Part shown: positions 47,955 through 52,903 of the stretch, piece after piece
How the letters are laid out: the number at the start of each line of letters is the position of its first letter
Numbering within the stretch: position 1 is the stretch's first letter
IMG/VR virus record: IMGVR_UViG_3300002026_002461
Span: 1 to 52,903 of that record
Origin: a virus
Lineage: Duplodnaviria > Caudoviricetes
Direction: 5' to 3' (one strand)
Length of the DNA stretch: 52,903 nt
Position numbers and translations under genes: made by a program
The notes under the pieces: generated by a model
The model's database searches: none
What the model was told of the DNA's origin: nothing
Seen by the model: only the letters and a program-made list of their open reading frames with translations

Positions 47955-48842
47955 CTAATTCGTTTTCTCGTACCAATTACTTAAATCGATATTTTCGGGA
48001 ACGTCATTCTTGCATATTTTGAATGCATCGTCAAAACTTACATAATCAAACGCTGTACATTTTGATTCAGGATTGCAATTGAATATCTTTATATCTTTTT
48101 CTTCCAAATAAGGCTTAATCTTCTTTAGCATATCATCTTCATGTAAATATCTATTGTTGGATGGAACCGCTTTTTGACCGAATGCATATTGCCGTTCCTT
48201 ATCCCTCCAGAAGTCCACACCAAGCATATAAATTCGTTGACAACCAAGATAACACATTAACCTTATCCCTAGAAGCATAGTACTTAAGCAGGTATATGGT
48301 CGCTCTGATTCTGGTTGTTTCCCGCCATACCCCCAATGAGCGTATTCAGTAGTTAAAAATTGTTCTGGATATAAAAATGTCTTTCTGTTGAATCCGAAAG
48401 TGTTAGGACAATCTTTTACTTTTTTGTTGAGTTCTCTAAAAGTTCCATCGGCTTGTTTAATGCGTATTCTTTTGTTTAATTTAGGTGTAGGGGCAAAAGT
48501 CATTATTGCAGGATCAAAAAATAAGGCATGATGAAATTTTGTATGAGGGTCGCTAAAACACCACGCAGAAACAGGAACGTGAGCGGCAATATTATTAACT
48601 CCCAACGAAACAACCCCTCGCTCTTTCAATTTGTGATAAGGAAGTTTGTTTATACTTGGTCCTCCACAAACAAGAAAACCAGCGGTAGGATTATCTCTAT
48701 GCCATAAACCAGAAAGATTTATTTGTTCAAATCCACTACGTTTGCAATGGTCGCATTCTTTCACTTGTGGTTTTTCGCCATTGCATTTTGGACATGTTTG
48801 CTTTGAATTGACAATTTCTAATGAATCGTTGTAATGCCTCAT
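47955..48842 (-). CDS. MAF/DUF115/CstII-like glycosyltransferase-fold protein
   Basis: LVCGGPSI, LGVNN, YLGCQRIYMLGVDF, IFNCNP; N-terminal CxxC..CxxC. Confidence 0.65.
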   Translation of the reverse strand: MRHYNDSLEIVNSKQTCPKCNGEKPQVKECDHCKRSGFEQINLSGLWHRDNPTAGFLVCGGPSINKLPYHKLKERGVVSLGVNNIAAHVPVSAWCFSDPHTKFHHALFFDPAIMTFAPTPKLNKRIRIKQADGTFRELNKKVKDCPNTFGFNRKTFLYPEQFLTTEYAHWGYGGKQPESERPYTCLSTMLLGIRLMCYLGCQRIYMLGVDFWRDKERQYAFGQKAVPSNNRYLHEDDMLKKIKPYLEEKDIKIFNCNPESKCTAFDYVSFDDAFKICKNDVPENIDLSNWYEKTN

Positions 48843-48867
48843 ATTATTCCCTATTGTATTTTATATA

Positions 48868-49566
48868 TTATACAAAAGGACGAACATATTTCAAAGGTAT
48901 TCTACTATTAATGACCAAAGTGTTTCCAGATATGTCATTTGGATACTCAAACATACATTCTGCTCCTAACTTTGAACATACCGATTCTCTCAAAACATGA
49001 TCTAAAACTTCAGGCTCCATAGATACATCAATCTTGCCATCAACATTCATCTCACTCATAAAACGCTCTAAATCAATCTCTAAACATAAATCGCCATATG
49101 TTCCAGTAGCATATTCTTCTGGATCTATTGTAGTAAACACACCATATGCAGAACGATTATTTATTCCAGTTCCTCTAGAGGGCGACAAATAACCAGAAGG
49201 CTGTATTTCATCCTCCCACAGCTCAGAGCGAGTAAAGTGATATACCTTGTCAGGATAATTTTCCATATAAGATCCCATATAAGGATTGTAAAGCTGATTC
49301 ATTGATAATCCAAGCAATGTCAAACACTCATCTGAATCCAGATTGATTATATAAGAGCAAATATCATTAATCGGTTCATATCCATCATCTAACTTAAACC
49401 AATATTTATTGTCTATAACAACTAAATTGCCATGTTTAATATAAGAGAGATTATCTTTGCGAACTATCTTTTCAATAGCTTCAGAATCAATTGTATAGCC
49501 GCCCCATTCAATCGCCTCATCTATATTCTCGTAATCTTCTGTCTGACATAATCTATATATTTTCAT
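48868..49566 (-). CDS. ADP-ribosyltransferase-fold protein (H-type) with MKIYRLCQ leader
   Basis: VYHFT...I..SGYLSP...GVFTT...YGDLCLEID...IPLKYV. Confidence 0.5.
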   Translation of the reverse strand: MKIYRLCQTEDYENIDEAIEWGGYTIDSEAIEKIVRKDNLSYIKHGNLVVIDNKYWFKLDDGYEPINDICSYIINLDSDECLTLLGLSMNQLYNPYMGSYMENYPDKVYHFTRSELWEDEIQPSGYLSPSRGTGINNRSAYGVFTTIDPEEYATGTYGDLCLEIDLERFMSEMNVDGKIDVSMEPEVLDHVLRESVCSKLGAECMFEYPNDISGNTLVINSRIPLKYVRPFV

Positions 49567-52500
49567 TATTTTTCGCCAATCTATATTTTTTCAAATTAAA
49601 TGTTGCCAACTTGACAGGTTTGTATTTATTTAAAATATCAATTATTTGGTTGCACAATTGTTGAACTTGTAATTGATTGTTTGGTTCAATTTGAGTATGA
49701 TGATTTTGCAAATAGGATATAACTCTATCTAATGTAATCCCTTTTTGTCCATTGAAATAATCTTCCATCCTTGTAAAATGCGATGGCGATAGAGAATCTA
49801 TAGAAGCAAATAAACCAACCATTGTATTTTTGTCGTTTTGATTCATCGTGGAATTCAGAATCATATTGAAATCATCAGAGGCAACATTGTTGTTATTTTT
49901 AACAATTGAATTAACTTTCGGTCTAGTTAACTTTCCACTAACGCCATATACTCCCTCTAACTTACCCGTAACACTTAATGAATCGCCAATTTCAAAATCA
50001 TTCGACTTAGACGGCATATTAAACTCAAATAAGAAACCATTCGCATCTTGAACTTTTGCCTTTTGAATGTAACTATCATTAAAGCTTACATATGCATCAA
50101 AGATATCAACAACCTTACAGTCAATCGTAACTCTGTCGCCAATCTTATAAACTTGATCTATTGATTTTACTGATTCTCCACCAAACGAAATAGCTGGAGA
50201 CATTATGTTTTTGAATCCATTATTCAATTTAATCGTGCCTGAAATATGAATTGTATCACCAACTTGGAATCTTGGAACTGTGTTTAAAAATAGACTTAAT
50301 TTTTGACCCGTTTCATCACTAATTTGAACGAAATAGGAATCATTTCTGGTTTGTTTATAACTGTCAACCTTATAGTCGGAATCAACAACCATGCCATCTT
50401 GATAAACAATAGGAGTCTTTATAGAGTTTTTCAATTCGTTTGCTTTCTTCTCTTGCTCTTCTATGACGGTTTGGTCAATCTGATCTAATATTGATTTTAC
50501 ATTTACTACCGTACAAGAGTCACCATCATATGATAAAAATCCTTCAATAACACTATTGATTTTTATAATTGAACCTTTATCCCATGTCGCAAAATCAGGA
50601 AAATCTGTTGAACTTCCAGAAAACAATATTTTTCTATCTGATGAATCTTTAGCTACAAAGAAATAATCGTTTGTAGAATATCCGTTTTTGCTTACTCTGA
50701 CAAAAACAGGCATCTTTTCTATAATCTCTCCCTCGAAAGATAAATTAGATCCCTTATCTCCAAGTCTTTTGTCATTGTTTACTGCAATCTCTGATTTTTG
50801 CAAACTGCGATAATATGAAGGTATCGCTGAAGCTAAAAGACCCATATTGTTACGAGTTGCAAAACCAGATACAGATGCATCATATAAGTTTTTCAAATAT
50901 TCATTAGAGGAAGTTGATAACGTTTGAATCCAATCAATAACGGCATTTACAAAAGGCAAATCGCTTATCGTCAATGATAAAGTGTCGTTAGATAAATCTT
51001 CAAAACATTTATTATAAGCTTTATCGGCTGTTGATTCCATCCCTTGTTCTCTGGCGTTTTTCCTAGAAATATAGTCACCCGTTTTTGCCATATCATAAAC
51101 TCTAGATAAAAAGAAAGGTATCGGTATCCCACTTTTCTTATAAGATGTCGCAATATCGGATGCACTTCTCTTTTGACCCTTTATCTGCTCTTTGAAGGAT
51201 TGAATATATTTTTCCATCTCGGCGGCATATTGAGCTATTTTTACCGCATCTGTGCCTAGTCCAGGTAATAAATCTGACAAACAGGAACTTCCAACGTTTT
51301 TATATTCATCTTTATCTTTGCTATATAATAAATAATATTCTGTTCTAAACCTTTCTTGGTTGCATTTTTCACAAGTCAATTTGTCGGGACTTACCATGTA
51401 TTTATCAGGTATAACTCTGCGACCTAGATTGAATGTGTCTGACTCTAATTTGCCCATGTCGTTTTTAAACACATTTATCTTAGCTACCAACTCCCAATTG
51501 CCGGGGATAACTGGTACAGACTTTATTATTCTAATCTTTTTAGTCCCCAAGGCTATGTTTTCGGATATAACTTCAATTTTACTTGGCGGCAATCCCAATT
51601 TGAAACCTTTATTGTTCAATTTATCTATACCGTTTTTAAGCCAACCGACAGCGACCAAAGGAATCTCAATCTCTTCAGATATAAATTCGCTGGTTATGTA
51701 TTCGGACTTTGAATGTTCATAATAACTTACATCATTTTTGCTTATCTTGTTTTCGGTTTTTAAAATTTCAACAAATTCAGAAGGGATGTTTTTTATATTG
51801 CGTTTGTTAGACAGAATAATAGCAGAAAAATAATCAGCTAATGGTTTTTTGTTAATCCTGCTCTTTATTTCATCTGACAAAGTATCCCAATCAAATGGGT
51901 TTTGTTCTGCATATGATTGGAATGCACTAGAAATAGACTCGCCAGACACGCCCTTAAAGAATGGATGGGCTTTCAAGGTTTCCCAATATTTAACCGGAGA
52001 AGCAAAAAATTGACGCTTAACCATTTCAAAGTTAATATAAGAGGGATTGGACATCTTGTCTCTTAAAGAACCTTCCAATCTATCCAATGTGCTCTTGTCG
52101 TTATTGTTTTTAATAAGCGTCATAGCAACAACATTGTCAACAAATTTGGTCGGCAGTAAATTTAACGTTTCGTAACTTAATTTTTCTTTTAAATTATCGT
52201 CACTCAAATTACGAAACAACTTATCTCTTTGAGCATCAACCGCCTTTGAATCATTGGCATTATAGGCGTCATACAATAGCTTGGACGACTCTATACTCCC
52301 CGCCGAACATTGAGTCCACTTAGGATTGTTAACGGTTCGCTGATCTAGAATGGTAAAGCCGATAGGATAAACAACAGAACTATCATATGCCAACGCAACA
52401 CTCTTATCAACATGTCCAGAAAATAAAACCCCTTTTAAAACCTTGGGGAAATCACTATTGTATATTCTCCTTAATAAATCAGAAGTGTTGTCCATCCCTG

Positions 52501-52903
52501 ATTTACTTTCCAACTCTTTAGATATACTTTCAATTAAAACCATTTTGTCTTTATACATTGACTTATCCAGACCTAATCGTTTTATTTGGTCAATGAGACG
52601 ATAACCGCCGCCATAAATTTGTTTTGATATTGAATAATCAAAAATCAAAAAATCACTTATATTCATCTTGCCTTTTACGGCGATTGCACCATATGTTCCC
52701 ATTGCTTGGTTTCTGGTAACTCCGCTCCACATGTAATTAGAGTATATTCCAACGCCCCATGCAGCACCACCGCCAGCCAAAAATCCAGTTTCACAAATTA
52801 AATTAGCGACAGTATTTGCGTCAGTCCTATGATAGACGCTTAACAAAGTTCCATCTAATTCAACTTGAGCTACTTGAGAATATTTTTTGAGATTGAATTT
52901 CAT
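49553..52903 (-). CDS. Large multidomain protein: N-terminal PARP/ART-like domain, Zn-binding middle, OB-fold-like repeats
   Basis: MKFNLKKYSQ leader; VYHRT...I.ETGF..GAAWGVGIY; CEKC...VGSSC; repeated [FY].[IV]GD.[IVL].[IV].G/C strands. Confidence 0.6.
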   Translation of the reverse strand: MKFNLKKYSQVAQVELDGTLLSVYHRTDANTVANLICETGFLAGGGAAWGVGIYSNYMWSGVTRNQAMGTYGAIAVKGKMNISDFLIFDYSISKQIYGGGYRLIDQIKRLGLDKSMYKDKMVLIESISKELESKSGMDNTSDLLRRIYNSDFPKVLKGVLFSGHVDKSVALAYDSSVVYPIGFTILDQRTVNNPKWTQCSAGSIESSKLLYDAYNANDSKAVDAQRDKLFRNLSDDNLKEKLSYETLNLLPTKFVDNVVAMTLIKNNNDKSTLDRLEGSLRDKMSNPSYINFEMVKRQFFASPVKYWETLKAHPFFKGVSGESISSAFQSYAEQNPFDWDTLSDEIKSRINKKPLADYFSAIILSNKRNIKNIPSEFVEILKTENKISKNDVSYYEHSKSEYITSEFISEEIEIPLVAVGWLKNGIDKLNNKGFKLGLPPSKIEVISENIALGTKKIRIIKSVPVIPGNWELVAKINVFKNDMGKLESDTFNLGRRVIPDKYMVSPDKLTCEKCNQERFRTEYYLLYSKDKDEYKNVGSSCLSDLLPGLGTDAVKIAQYAAEMEKYIQSFKEQIKGQKRSASDIATSYKKSGIPIPFFLSRVYDMAKTGDYISRKNAREQGMESTADKAYNKCFEDLSNDTLSLTISDLPFVNAVIDWIQTLSTSSNEYLKNLYDASVSGFATRNNMGLLASAIPSYYRSLQKSEIAVNNDKRLGDKGSNLSFEGEIIEKMPVFVRVSKNGYSTNDYFFVAKDSSDRKILFSGSSTDFPDFATWDKGSIIKINSVIEGFLSYDGDSCTVVNVKSILDQIDQTVIEEQEKKANELKNSIKTPIVYQDGMVVDSDYKVDSYKQTRNDSYFVQISDETGQKLSLFLNTVPRFQVGDTIHISGTIKLNNGFKNIMSPAISFGGESVKSIDQVYKIGDRVTIDCKVVDIFDAYVSFNDSYIQKAKVQDANGFLFEFNMPSKSNDFEIGDSLSVTGKLEGVYGVSGKLTRPKVNSIVKNNNNVASDDFNMILNSTMNQNDKNTMVGLFASIDSLSPSHFTRMEDYFNGQKGITLDRVISYLQNHHTQIEPNNQLQVQQLCNQIIDILNKYKPVKLATFNLKKYRLAKNNENI

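Noticed and set aside
1-52903. Stop-codon reassignment as seen in some jumbo phages
   Set aside because: Coding density is high under the standard code, and TAA, TAG and TGA all end genes at sensible boundaries.
1-52903. tRNA or rRNA genes
   Set aside because: No cloverleaf or T-loop signature noticed in the few intergenic gaps by eye; a tRNAscan/Infernal run would be needed to exclude them.

Overview
This AT-rich window is from a large (jumbo-type) tailed dsDNA phage and uses the standard genetic code. Most genes are on the minus strand. The left two-thirds hold the head module: HK97-fold major capsid protein, decoration protein, a 1864-aa prohead protease/scaffold, an intein-containing portal with a C-terminal DUF559-like nuclease domain, an intein-containing Ycf46-like AAA+ ATPase and the terminase large subunit. 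The right third holds class II RNR, an ABC-type ATPase, a SleB-like hydrolase, a frameshifted thymidine kinase, several peptidases, a PAS protein and three ADP-ribosyltransferase-like proteins. The most striking signal is a set of short basic N-terminal leaders, mostly ending in [KR]-x-A-[QSE], fused to unrelated cargo domains. These include a tandem array of six genes plus one remnant sharing a ~33-aa leader (22152-24396). The same [KR]-x-A motif recurs through the protease/scaffold and at domain junctions. I infer a capsid-targeting, protease-maturation system for packaging and injecting effectors. Two promoter classes are visible: a sigmaH-like AAGG-N18/19-GAA motif (13 copies) and TGTATAAT. 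There is also a candidate -1 frameshift. All product calls come from motif recognition; no database searches were run.
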